Shown in pieces: positions 1-7,287 of a DNA stretch of 24,000 nt. Made by a program: the position numbers and the translations under genes. The notes below the pieces were generated by a model. It did no database searches. It saw nothing but the letters and a program-made list of their open reading frames with translations, and was not told the origin of the DNA. The stretch comes from Pseudomonadota bacterium (GTDB taxonomy: Bacteria; Pseudomonadota; Gammaproteobacteria; HTCC5015): positions 27,778 through 51,777 of the forward strand of contig JBNJGD010000009.1 of NCBI GenBank assembly GCA_051747425.1. Direction: 5' to 3'. How positions within the stretch are numbered: position 1 is the stretch's first letter; each line of letters starts with the position of its first letter.

Positions 1-1
1 G

Positions 2-919
2 GACGATGTGAACAACGAGGGTGAAAAGCTCTCCGACCACCCGCCGGTTCAGGGCGATTTCAACATCGCCACCGAAGCGGGCTACGACCTCGGCGACACC
101 ATCGGCGGCCCCCACGGCCAGTCGTTCAACAATGTCGCCACCATGCCCCAGAATCCCTCGGTGGCCAAAGTCACACTGAGAGCCGGCAGCCGGGTCGACC
201 AGGTTGGTCTCGAGTACCGCAATGGTTACATCAGCCAGCACGGTGGCAATGGCGGCAGCCTGCAGTCGTTAACCCTGGGCAGTGGCGAGTACATCGACAG
301 CGCCACTTTCTGCGCGGGCAAGAAGGACGGTCGGACGCGGATTTTCTACGCCGCCTTTGAAACCAACCTCGACCGCAGCATCAGCGGTGGCTCCACCACT
401 GGCAACTGCATGACCCACAACAGCGCACCGGGCCAGCAAATTGCCGGCCTGCACGGTCGCTCGGGCGGCGAGGTGGACAAACTGGGCGTGATCGAAACGC
501 CGGTCAACACCCAGGGGCAACCAGCCCAGTATGTGAGCCTGAAAAACCAGGCGTCCAATCTGTGCATGGACATCAACCAGGCCAACATGGCCAACGGCAC
601 CAATGTCCTCCAGTGGAACTGCACCGGTTCCGCCTGGCAACAGTGGAGCTACGACGACCACACCGGACTGGTTCGCAGCCAACACGACCCGCGATACTGC
701 CTGGACAACGGCGGCCAGTTCGGTAACGGCGCCAACCTGATGATCTGGGAGTGCAACGGCAGTGCCAACCAGCAGTTCACGCTGCAACAGGACGGACGCC
801 TGCACATGAGAACCCTGGAGAGCCAGGTAGTCGACGGCTACGGCGCCAACCCCGGTGACAATGTCGGCACCTGGGGCGACTGGGGCGGCCAGAATCAACG
901 CTGGACACCTCTGCCGTAA
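2..919 (+). CDS. Secreted lectin, jacalin-like domain fused to ricin-B (CBM13-type) beta-trefoil; 5'-truncated by the window edge
   Basis: The reading frame is open from nt 2. The translation shows a jacalin-like pattern (GGPHGQSF ... VDQVGLEYRNG ... HGGNGGS ... GLHGRSGGEVDKLGVI). Three ricin-B QxW-type repeats follow (SAWQQW, SANQQF, GQNQRW). The stop is TAA at 917-919, followed by a hairpin terminator. Confidence 0.8.
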   Translation, partial: DDVNNEGEKLSDHPPVQGDFNIATEAGYDLGDTIGGPHGQSFNNVATMPQNPSVAKVTLRAGSRVDQVGLEYRNGYISQHGGNGGSLQSLTLGSGEYIDSATFCAGKKDGRTRIFYAAFETNLDRSISGGSTTGNCMTHNSAPGQQIAGLHGRSGGEVDKLGVIETPVNTQGQPAQYVSLKNQASNLCMDINQANMANGTNVLQWNCTGSAWQQWSYDDHTGLVRSQHDPRYCLDNGGQFGNGANLMIWECNGSANQQFTLQQDGRLHMRTLESQVVDGYGANPGDNVGTWGDWGGQNQRWTPLP

Positions 920-927
920 TCCGGCAA

Positions 928-960
928 GCCGGGCCCTTTCTCCGGGCCCGGCTCTTTTCT
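928..960 (+). terminator. Rho-independent terminator of the lectin gene
   Basis: Perfect 9-bp GC stem: GCCGGGCCC (928-936) pairs with GGGCCCGGC (944-952). The loop is 7 nt and is followed by TCTTTTCT. Confidence 0.6.
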
Positions 961-965
961 CACCC

Positions 966-2213
966 TCACGACACTTCGGGAAGATCGCACCAGCGCGTGG
1001 TATAGCGCGGCGAGCGGTATTGCTGATTCATGCGCCAATCGCTGCCCACCGAGCTCGAAGCCAAATACAGTGCCCCCTGCCCCATTTTCCCGTTAACCGC
1101 ATCCATGACCCGGCCGCAGTCGGGGCGCCCGCTGTCGTCGACCCACAGCTCTCCCTGCAAGGCGCGCTCGGGCAATAAACCCTGCAAGATCACTCCCGCC
1201 TTTTTGTAGCGCTCGCCCGGTCGATACAGTCCCGCCAGTCCCCGCCGCGCCGCCCGGGCCAAAACCACAGGGTCACTGGATGGCTCGGACAGCACCATTT
1301 CAAGCTGACCGCCCGAGATGGCACCCCCCTCGGCAAAACGGTCTCCCCGGACAAAGACACCTACGCGCTGACATAATGAATGCTGGCTACGCAGCTTTTC
1401 CCCCGCCCGGCTGGCAAAGCTGACCAGTGCCGCCCGCAACTGGGCCTCGTCGCTGACACAGCGGCCAAAGGAGCGCGACACCAGTATCTGCTGGCGCGGA
1501 GCGGCGGCCAGATCCAGTGCCCGACAAGGCTCGCCACGCAATTCCCGCACGGTGGTCTCCAGGTTCACCGAGTACAGTTGCCGCGCCCGGGCCGGCGGGC
1601 ACTGGCGCAACTGCCACACCGTGGCAATCCCCGCGCGCTCCAGCCGTCTGGCCAGGCGCCGGCCCACGCCCCACACCTCGGTCACCGGCAGGGACTCCAG
1701 GCGCTGTCGCTCGCTGCCCAACAGGCGCCACACACCCCCACTGAGAGGATGCTGCTTGGCCACCTGGTTGGCCAGCTTGGCCAGAGTCTTGCTCGGCGCC
1801 ACGCCAATCGATACCGGAATGCCGGTGCAACGGGCAATCAGCTGACGCAAATGGCGACAATAGGCCGCCATCTCCTGTGGCGGCACCGGCGAGAGGTCGA
1901 TAAAGGCCTCATCGATGGAATACACCTCCACGGCCGGACACTGTTCCTCCAGAATCCCCATCACCCGGGCCGACAGATCGCCATAGAGCGCGAAGTTGGC
2001 GGAAAAAACGGCGGCGCCCGCCGCCTCCAGACGGGAGCGCCACTGGAACCAGGGCGCCCCCATGGGCACGCCCAACGCCTTGATCTCGGGGGAGCGGGCG
2101 ATGATGCAACCGTCGTTGTTGGAGAGCACAGCCACTGGCACCGCTGCCAGGTCGGGGCGAAAGACCCGCTCGCAGGAGGCATAAAAATTGTTGCAGTCGA
2201 CCAGACCCAGCAC
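966..2213 (-). CDS. umuC: DNA polymerase V catalytic subunit UmuC (Y-family translesion polymerase)
   Basis: The 415-aa ORF begins MLGLVDCNNFYASCERVFRPDL, the hallmark Y-family/UmuC N-terminus. It starts with GTG at 2213, 2 nt after the umuD stop, which is classic umuDC coupling. Confidence 0.93.
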   Translation of the reverse strand: MLGLVDCNNFYASCERVFRPDLAAVPVAVLSNNDGCIIARSPEIKALGVPMGAPWFQWRSRLEAAGAAVFSANFALYGDLSARVMGILEEQCPAVEVYSIDEAFIDLSPVPPQEMAAYCRHLRQLIARCTGIPVSIGVAPSKTLAKLANQVAKQHPLSGGVWRLLGSERQRLESLPVTEVWGVGRRLARRLERAGIATVWQLRQCPPARARQLYSVNLETTVRELRGEPCRALDLAAAPRQQILVSRSFGRCVSDEAQLRAALVSFASRAGEKLRSQHSLCQRVGVFVRGDRFAEGGAISGGQLEMVLSEPSSDPVVLARAARRGLAGLYRPGERYKKAGVILQGLLPERALQGELWVDDSGRPDCGRVMDAVNGKMGQGALYLASSSVGSDWRMNQQYRSPRYTTRWCDLPEVS

Positions 2214-2215
2214 GA

Positions 2216-2656
2216 TCAGCGCTGGAACGACTTGATGCAGCTGGTGACGACACCCCAGACCATCAGTTCATTGCCATCGGCCAGGAGAATGTCGGCGTAA
2301 TCCGGGTTATCCGCCACCAGCTTGACCTGTCCGTCCCGGCGGTGGAGCCGCTTGACGGTCAATTCACCATCGACGGCGGCAATCACAATGTCGTCGTGGC
2401 GGGGTTCCAGTGAGCGATCCACTACCAACAGATCGCCGTGGTCGAGACCGGCGCCGATCATCGATTCACCGCGCACACGCACAATGAAGGTGGCGGCGGG
2501 GCGCCGGATCAGGTGCTGATTGAGATCGAGGGCGCCCTCGACAAAATCCTCGGCTGGCGAGGGAAAGCCGGCCTGCACCGAATCCGTCACCAGCGGCGCG
2601 GCCGCCGCATGACTCAACGAAATCGTACTGAATATGCTATCGAGTGACGCCATCAT
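2216..2656 (-). CDS. umuD: UmuD, LexA-like S24 self-cleaving accessory subunit of Pol V
   Basis: Cleavage-site region VQAGFPSPAEDF, catalytic Ser in RGESM and Lys in TVKRL. Tandem ATGs at 2656/2653 give about 146 aa, the normal UmuD size. The longer 202-aa ORF (to 2824) would overlap the EAL gene 3' end. Confidence 0.88.
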   Translation of the reverse strand: MMASLDSIFSTISLSHAAAAPLVTDSVQAGFPSPAEDFVEGALDLNQHLIRRPAATFIVRVRGESMIGAGLDHGDLLVVDRSLEPRHDDIVIAAVDGELTVKRLHRRDGQVKLVADNPDYADILLADGNELMVWGVVTSCIKSFQR

Positions 2657-2666
2657 TGCCCAAAAA

Positions 2667-2686
2667 AGAGAACTTATAGAGAACTT
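2667..2686 (-). promoter_or_regulatory. Candidate SOS-type operator: direct repeat GTTC-N7-GTTC (plus strand AGAGAACTT x2 with 11-bp period) overlapping a TATAAG -10-like hexamer
   Basis: AGAGAACTT occurs at 2667-2675 and again at 2678-2686. The GAAC cores lie at 2670-2673 and 2681-2684 with exactly 7 nt between them, 14 nt upstream of the umuD ATG. No CTGT-N8-ACAG box exists in the 79-bp intergenic region. Confidence 0.4.
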
Positions 2687-2735
2687 TATCTTACCCAAGC
2701 CGGGAGTCCCGGACAAGCAGGCGATGGCAAAAAAG

Positions 2736-4223
2736 TCAGGCTGGTCGCTTCTGAATCCACTCTTCCAGGGCTTCGAAAGCCATGGGGTGGGCAATGCCAT
2801 AGCCTTGGGCCAAGTCGCAGCCATAATCCCTCAATGCCTTAATGGACGCGTCGTCCTCGGCACCTTCGGCGACCACTTTCAAGCCCATGCTTTTACCCAG
2901 CTGTATCGTCGATTGCACGATGGCCTGATCGGTGCGATCGGTGGTCACATCGCGGACAAAATCGCGGTCGATCTTGATTTCGCACAGATCCAGTTTTTTC
3001 AGATAGCTGAGCGAGGAATAGCCCGTGCCATAGTCGTCCAGAGAGACCCGGACGCCCAAGGTCTGCAGTGCCGTAAGAGCCTCTCGGGATTCGGCACTCT
3101 CCTCCATGAACAAGTTCTCGGTAATCTCCACCACCAGGCGCTCGGCGGGCACATTGTGCCGCTTCAGCGCCTCCCCGATAAACCGCACCTGGTCGGGGTG
3201 AATATCCTTTGGCGAGAGGTTGATCGACAGCTTGAGCGGCTGGCCGCGCTGCGCAAGGGCGGCATTTTCAACCAGAGCCGTGTCCACCACCCAGCGGGTG
3301 ATACTGCCAATCATATCGGCCTCTTCGGCCAGGGGAATAAAGTGATCCGGCGGCACCAACCCCTTCTCGGGATGCACCCAGCGCAACAGGGCTTCAACGC
3401 CCTTCACCTGGCCACTGTGCAAGTCGATCTGGGGCTGGTAGGCCAGCGAAAACTCGTTGCCGTGAATGGCCTGCTGAATGCTGTGTACCAGGTTGTGCGG
3501 ATCGAGCCCGCGTATGCGAAAAAAGCGCTCCAGTTCATCGTAACCAAAACGCAGCGTGACAAAGGCAAACAAAGCCACCAGAACGGCAAAGTAGAGGTGA
3601 ACCGAGATCATCAAGGGCTCATTGAAGACCGGCACACGCCAGAAAATCAGCCCGGCAAAGGCGATCGCCGCCAGGGAGCAGGCGACAAACATCCACCCCA
3701 TCAACCGGCCCAGCATGGTCTTGCCGAGCCCGAAAAGACAGAAAACGGTGCCGGAAATCGAGTGAGGCACACACAGAAGCATAATCAGCAATGTGGAAAG
3801 CCAGGGACTGGGCGTCACCGCCAAAACCAGCACGCAGGCGAGATCCAGGCCGTACAGGAAATAAATGTACCAGTTCCAGCGAATGGTCATGGCGTAGGCG
3901 TCATAGGACTGCAGCAGCGTGGACTTGACCAGAATATAGGTCGTAACAGCCAGGCCCACGGGCACCATCAGCTTGGCGATAAAGAACAGAGGCTGGGGCA
4001 TCAAGCCAACAGTCGCGGCGCCGTGAAACTGCTGGAAAAATACATTGAAAAAACCGAAGGCGGCGTAGGCCAGTGCCGCGAGCAACAGTGCCACACCCAT
4101 TTTCCGGTTTTCACGGCGGCCAAAAAAGGACAGTGCATAGGACAACACAATGACCACAATGGCAATGTACATGCCGTTGACGATTCCGTAGAGATGCTGG
4201 TAGAGCGCATCGGAGACGGGCAT
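2736..4223 (-). CDS. Membrane-bound cyclic-di-GMP phosphodiesterase: polytopic N-terminal sensor domain + EAL domain
   Basis: The C-terminal half carries the full EAL catalytic set: VEALLRW, SINLS, EITE, DDYGTGYSS, KIDR, AEGAE, QGY. The N-terminal ~250 aa are very hydrophobic (about 7-8 predicted TM segments). The first ATG is at 4223 with GAAGGA upstream. The track's 4271 start is a TTG. Confidence 0.85.
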   Translation of the reverse strand: MPVSDALYQHLYGIVNGMYIAIVVIVLSYALSFFGRRENRKMGVALLLAALAYAAFGFFNVFFQQFHGAATVGLMPQPLFFIAKLMVPVGLAVTTYILVKSTLLQSYDAYAMTIRWNWYIYFLYGLDLACVLVLAVTPSPWLSTLLIMLLCVPHSISGTVFCLFGLGKTMLGRLMGWMFVACSLAAIAFAGLIFWRVPVFNEPLMISVHLYFAVLVALFAFVTLRFGYDELERFFRIRGLDPHNLVHSIQQAIHGNEFSLAYQPQIDLHSGQVKGVEALLRWVHPEKGLVPPDHFIPLAEEADMIGSITRWVVDTALVENAALAQRGQPLKLSINLSPKDIHPDQVRFIGEALKRHNVPAERLVVEITENLFMEESAESREALTALQTLGVRVSLDDYGTGYSSLSYLKKLDLCEIKIDRDFVRDVTTDRTDQAIVQSTIQLGKSMGLKVVAEGAEDDASIKALRDYGCDLAQGYGIAHPMAFEALEEWIQKRPA

Positions 4224-4369
4224 GGGCGGGTTTTCCTTCAGTAGCTGGCAGTAGTGCCCGACTTCGGGCAACGCCTTTTATAATGGAAGCCTTCGGGCCT
4301 CTCTGGTGACGCTTTAAACACAGAATAAGCGCTGCACCGTGGCGGGGCAACCACCAAAGACACGCGCAC

Positions 4370-4394
4370 AAAAAAGGCGGACCAGAGGCCCGCC
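4370..4394 (-). terminator. Rho-independent terminator after the small secreted-protein gene
   Basis: On the minus strand the sequence reads GGCGG-(9 nt loop)-CCGCC followed by TTTTTT. On the plus strand this is the A-run at 4370-4375 with stem arms at 4376-4380 and 4390-4394. It lies 22 nt downstream of the stop at 4416. Confidence 0.6.
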
Positions 4395-4415
4395 CTTTCA
4401 CCATCTGTGCCGCCT

Positions 4416-4802
4416 TTACTGGTTGGACGGATGGTTTTCCGCCAGTTCCTGATACTCGCGACACTCTTCCGTCTGGAGTTGCTGCCCATCACCCTGGGTC
4501 ATCTGGGCGCAGCTCAGGCTGTTCAGACTGCGCAGACACTCGGCGCCGGCATCGGCAATATCCCGATACTCGGCCTGCTTGGCCTCGGTAAACTTCTCCT
4601 CCATGGCCGAGCACATGCCCTCCATGCTTTTCATTACCATATCGCGCATGGCCTCGGGGATTTCATCCGTATTCTGGCCCATTTGCTCCATGGTGCACTC
4701 TTTCACCTTGGTGCAATACTTGTTCCACTCGCTCTGAAAAGCGCTGGCCTGGGCCAGGTGGGGCAACATCAGTGCCGCTGCAATGATCATCAGTTTCTTC
4801 AT
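4416..4802 (-). CDS. Small secreted protein of unknown function, six Cys, Met/Glu-rich
   Basis: Signal peptide MKKLMIIAAALMLPHLAQASA. The mature ~107 aa contain 6 Cys and a Met cluster (MRDMVMKSMEGMCSAMEE). AAGGA lies 7 nt before the ATG. A terminator follows the gene. Confidence 0.7.
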   Translation of the reverse strand: MKKLMIIAAALMLPHLAQASAFQSEWNKYCTKVKECTMEQMGQNTDEIPEAMRDMVMKSMEGMCSAMEEKFTEAKQAEYRDIADAGAECLRSLNSLSCAQMTQGDGQQLQTEECREYQELAENHPSNQ

Positions 4803-4873
4803 GGCAAATCCTTGTGTTTTGTTGAGTCGACCCCGACAGCCTAATTCAGCACGGCCAATCCGGCAATGGTGGT

Positions 4874-5188
4874 TTATTTGTCGTCGTCCAGGTGCTTGAC
4901 ACTGTCATAGCCGCCGCGATTGATGACATTGATGTAACCCATTTTCTCCAGCGACTCTTTGGCCTTGCCGGCGCGGCGTCCGCTCGCGCAGTAGAGATTG
5001 ATTTGAGCCGTGCGGTCGGCTGTGACCTCTTCGATTTCCTCATCAATTTCATCGTGGGGGATATTAATGGCCTGATCCAGGTGACCTTCGCTGTACTCCT
5101 CGGCGGAGCGCACATCAATCCAGAGCGGCTCGGCCAGCGCCATTGTCGTAAACAGGGAAAGCGTCAAAAACAGGGCGACTCTTTTCAT
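4874..5188 (-). CDS. Periplasmic single-domain rhodanese (PspE-like thiosulfate sulfurtransferase)
   Basis: 104 aa with signal peptide MKRVALFLTLSLFTTMALA. Rhodanese core WIDVRSAEEYSEGHL and active-site loop YCASGRRAG. ATG at 5188 is preceded by GGAG. The track's 5206 start is a TTG. Confidence 0.85.
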   Translation of the reverse strand: MKRVALFLTLSLFTTMALAEPLWIDVRSAEEYSEGHLDQAINIPHDEIDEEIEEVTADRTAQINLYCASGRRAGKAKESLEKMGYINVINRGGYDSVKHLDDDK

Positions 5189-5347
5189 TTCAAACTCCGC
5201 TGCCAATCTTTAAAAGACAGACAGTGTATGACATTTTCCCGCTCCATTGAATTCGCAGTGCCGGCCCGCCGATTTCCTGGAATGTGTAAGAAAACTCTTT
5301 TCCGGGAGACTAATCGGGTGTCAGCCACTCACAAAGGAACTTACAGC

Positions 5348-5956
5348 ATGATATTGATAGACCGCGTCTCCCAACTCTACTCGTCCGCTCTCCAACAAGC
5401 ACAGCGAGCCGACTTTCTGGCCCCTGTCGCGCTGCGACTGTTTCTCGCCCCCATTTTCATTCTCGCCGGCTGGAACAAGCTGACCGGGCTCGAGGGCACC
5501 GCCTACTACTTTGGCGAAATGCTGGGCATGCCGGCCCCCATGTTCATGGCGGTGATGGCCGGATCGACCGAATTGATTGGCGGTATCAGTCTGCTGATCG
5601 GCCTTGGCATGCGCCTGATGACGCTGCCCCTGATGATGACGATGCTGGTGGCTGCGGTGACAGCTCACTGGGAAAACGGCTGGCATGTACTGCCCGAATC
5701 GACGCTGACCATGCCCTGGGAGTGGCGACCGGACCTGATCGAACAGGCCAATGAGAAAAAGGAAATGGCCAAAAGCATCTTGCGCGAGCACGGCAATTAC
5801 AGCTGGCTCACTGAAGCCGGGGCGATCACCGTATTGAAAAACGGCGTGGAATTTGCCGCTACCTACTTCGCCATGCTTCTGGCACTGTTCTTCATGGGCC
5901 CCGGTCGCTATATCAGCCTGGATTACTGGCTGAAGCGCAGCCTCGACAAGGACTGA
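5348..5956 (+). CDS. DoxX-family membrane protein with a long extramembrane insert
   Basis: ATG at 5348 is preceded by AAGGAA. The sequence LAPVALRLFLAPIFILAGWNKL ... STELIGGISLLIGLGMR is typical DoxX. A ~60-aa polar insert (HWENGWHVLPESTLTMPWEWRPDLIEQANEKKEMAKSILREHGNYSW) precedes the last TM. The upstream part of the 354-aa ORF is antisense to the rhodanese gene and is not coding. Confidence 0.8.
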   Translation: MILIDRVSQLYSSALQQAQRADFLAPVALRLFLAPIFILAGWNKLTGLEGTAYYFGEMLGMPAPMFMAVMAGSTELIGGISLLIGLGMRLMTLPLMMTMLVAAVTAHWENGWHVLPESTLTMPWEWRPDLIEQANEKKEMAKSILREHGNYSWLTEAGAITVLKNGVEFAATYFAMLLALFFMGPGRYISLDYWLKRSLDKD

Positions 5957-5977
5957 TTCAAAACAGAAAGGAAGGAA

Positions 5978-6004
5978 GGCGGGCGTGTTTGCAGCACGCC
6001 CGCC
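5978..6004. terminator. Bidirectional hairpin terminator between the convergent DoxX and CMD genes
   Basis: Perfect 10-bp stem: GGCGGGCGTG (5978-5987) pairs with CACGCCCGCC (5995-6004). T-rich tracts follow on both strands (TTTCAC on plus; TTCCTTCCTTTCTGTTTT on minus). Confidence 0.6.
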
Positions 6005-6011
6005 TTTCACG

Positions 6012-6563
6012 CTAGCTGGAAGGTTCCCAGGCAAAGGGTTGGAAGGGCTCGTCCACCGGCGTATCGGCAATGTGGTTGATGTAGTTACTCATCACCTTCT
6101 GCGACAGCGCCAACACCACTTCCAGAGCCTGTCGCTTTTCATAGCCCGCCTCGAAAAAGGCTTTCAATTCGTCCTCCCCGTGCCCACGGTTTCTCACCAT
6201 GGCCAGGGTAAACCGGCGCAGGGCCTCGAGTTTTTCGTCTTTCAGGGGGCTCTCTTCGCGCAGGGCGTCATCGATGTCGGTGTCCACACCCATGGAGCGG
6301 GCAATACCACTGTGAGCCGGAACGCAGTAGTGACACGCGTGCTCGACATTGATGGTCTGCCAGACCACCGTCTTCTCCTCGTCACTGAGACTGGACTCCA
6401 GCACCAGCCCGTGCAATCGCTGGTAGGCCTCCAGCGTGCCCGGCGCTTCCGCCATGACCGCGTGGAGATTGGGAATCATGCCAAAATCCTTCAGCGATTG
6501 TTCCAGTAGCGGCTTCGATTTTTCCGGTGCCGATTCCACATCGTGCAGTTGAAATGCAGTCAT
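6012..6563 (-). CDS. Carboxymuconolactone decarboxylase (AhpD-like) family protein with CxxC motif
   Basis: 183 aa from ATG 6563, preceded by a strong AAAGGAGG. Contains the AhpD-type motif EHACHYCVPAH and the typical CMD fold sequence (PNLHAVMAEAP..., EKRQALEVVLALSQ). Confidence 0.85.
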   Translation of the reverse strand: MTAFQLHDVESAPEKSKPLLEQSLKDFGMIPNLHAVMAEAPGTLEAYQRLHGLVLESSLSDEEKTVVWQTINVEHACHYCVPAHSGIARSMGVDTDIDDALREESPLKDEKLEALRRFTLAMVRNRGHGEDELKAFFEAGYEKRQALEVVLALSQKVMSNYINHIADTPVDEPFQPFAWEPSS

Positions 6564-6576
6564 GCATCCTCCTTTA

Positions 6577-6593
6577 TTTGAGTGATCGTTCAA
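6577..6593. promoter_or_regulatory. Candidate TetR operator, copy 1 (TTTGAGTGATCGTTCAA, imperfect palindrome around GATC)
   Basis: 17-mer repeated at 6610-6626 with 15/17 identity. The internal dyad is TTGA..GATC..TCAA. It lies in the 107-bp divergent region between the CMD gene and the TetR gene. Confidence 0.5.
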
Positions 6594-6609
6594 TTACAGC
6601 CTAACGATA

Positions 6610-6626
6610 TTTGAGCGATCATTCAA
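6610..6626. promoter_or_regulatory. Candidate TetR operator, copy 2 (TTTGAGCGATCATTCAA)
   Basis: Second copy of the 17-mer, 33 bp (three helical turns) from copy 1. It overlaps a possible -35 (TTGAGC) for the TetR operon. Confidence 0.5.
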
Positions 6627-6670
6627 ATTATGCTGAAATGGGGTCATTGAAACATTGCACGGAACCCAAC

Positions 6671-7273
6671 ATGCCCAGAACTGCCCAGTACAATCGCGAT
6701 CAAGCCCTGTCCGCCGCCGTCAGCCTCTTCTGGCATAAGGGCTACCACGCCACTTCGCTCAAGGCGGTGGAGCACGCCCTGAACATGCGCCCGGGCAGCC
6801 TCTACAACGCCTTTGGCAACAAGGAATCGCTGTTTCTCGAGGCCCTGGAGCACTACACCCGCAATATGGCGGAAGACCTGGAGCGCCATATTGAACAAAA
6901 GGGAAAGGTGCTCGACGGTATCCACAGCTATCTGGCCTGGTTGTTACTGGACGAGGGCCGCGAACAGGCCGCCTCCCCGGCCTGCATGCTGGTCAAGACC
7001 CTGCTCGAATCCACAGATAACACCCCGGTACTGCGGGAAAAGTCAGTGGCCCTGCTGGGCGAGATGGAGCGGCGTCTCACTGACGCCCTGGAGCGCGCCG
7101 CAGAGGCCGGCGAACTGAAACCCTCCGTGGATTGCCAGCGCCTGGCCCGCCTTCTGCAAACCCAGATCATGGGCATACGGGCCTTTGCCCACACCGGTGC
7201 CGACCAGGCGGCGCTGAGGGCCCTGCTCGATGACATCGAGTCCCTGCTCTCCCCCTACCAACCCGCCCACTGA
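6671..7273 (+). CDS. TetR/AcrR-family transcriptional regulator
   Basis: 200 aa from ATG 6671. The N-terminal HTH RDQALSAAVSLFWHKGYHATSLKAVEHALNMRPGSLYNAFGNKESLF is canonical TetR. Confidence 0.88.
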   Translation: MPRTAQYNRDQALSAAVSLFWHKGYHATSLKAVEHALNMRPGSLYNAFGNKESLFLEALEHYTRNMAEDLERHIEQKGKVLDGIHSYLAWLLLDEGREQAASPACMLVKTLLESTDNTPVLREKSVALLGEMERRLTDALERAAEAGELKPSVDCQRLARLLQTQIMGIRAFAHTGADQAALRALLDDIESLLSPYQPAH

Positions 7274-7287
7274 ACAAGGAGAAGACA

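Noticed and set aside
2657-2824. N-terminal extension of UmuD (202-aa version)
   Set aside because: It would overlap the EAL gene 3' end by 89 nt and add ~56 residues that are not UmuD-like. The tandem ATGs at 2656/2653 give the canonical size.
2634-4244. 536-aa plus-strand ORF
   Set aside because: It lies exactly antisense to the EAL gene. The translation is low-complexity (Gly/His/Gln/Arg-rich) with no recognisable domain, while the opposite strand encodes a complete EAL protein. This is a typical GC-rich shadow ORF.
4892-5347. N-terminal extension of the DoxX ORF (354-aa version)
   Set aside because: This part is antisense to the rhodanese gene and crosses the divergent intergenic region. 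The DoxX homology begins only after ATG 5348, which has its own SD.
4416-5956. Bufferin-like RiPP locus (signal-peptide six-Cys protein near a DoxX gene)
   Set aside because: Bufferin operons require a DUF692/MNIO enzyme and a DUF2063 partner, and neither is present anywhere in the window. The six-Cys protein and the DoxX gene are also on opposite strands.
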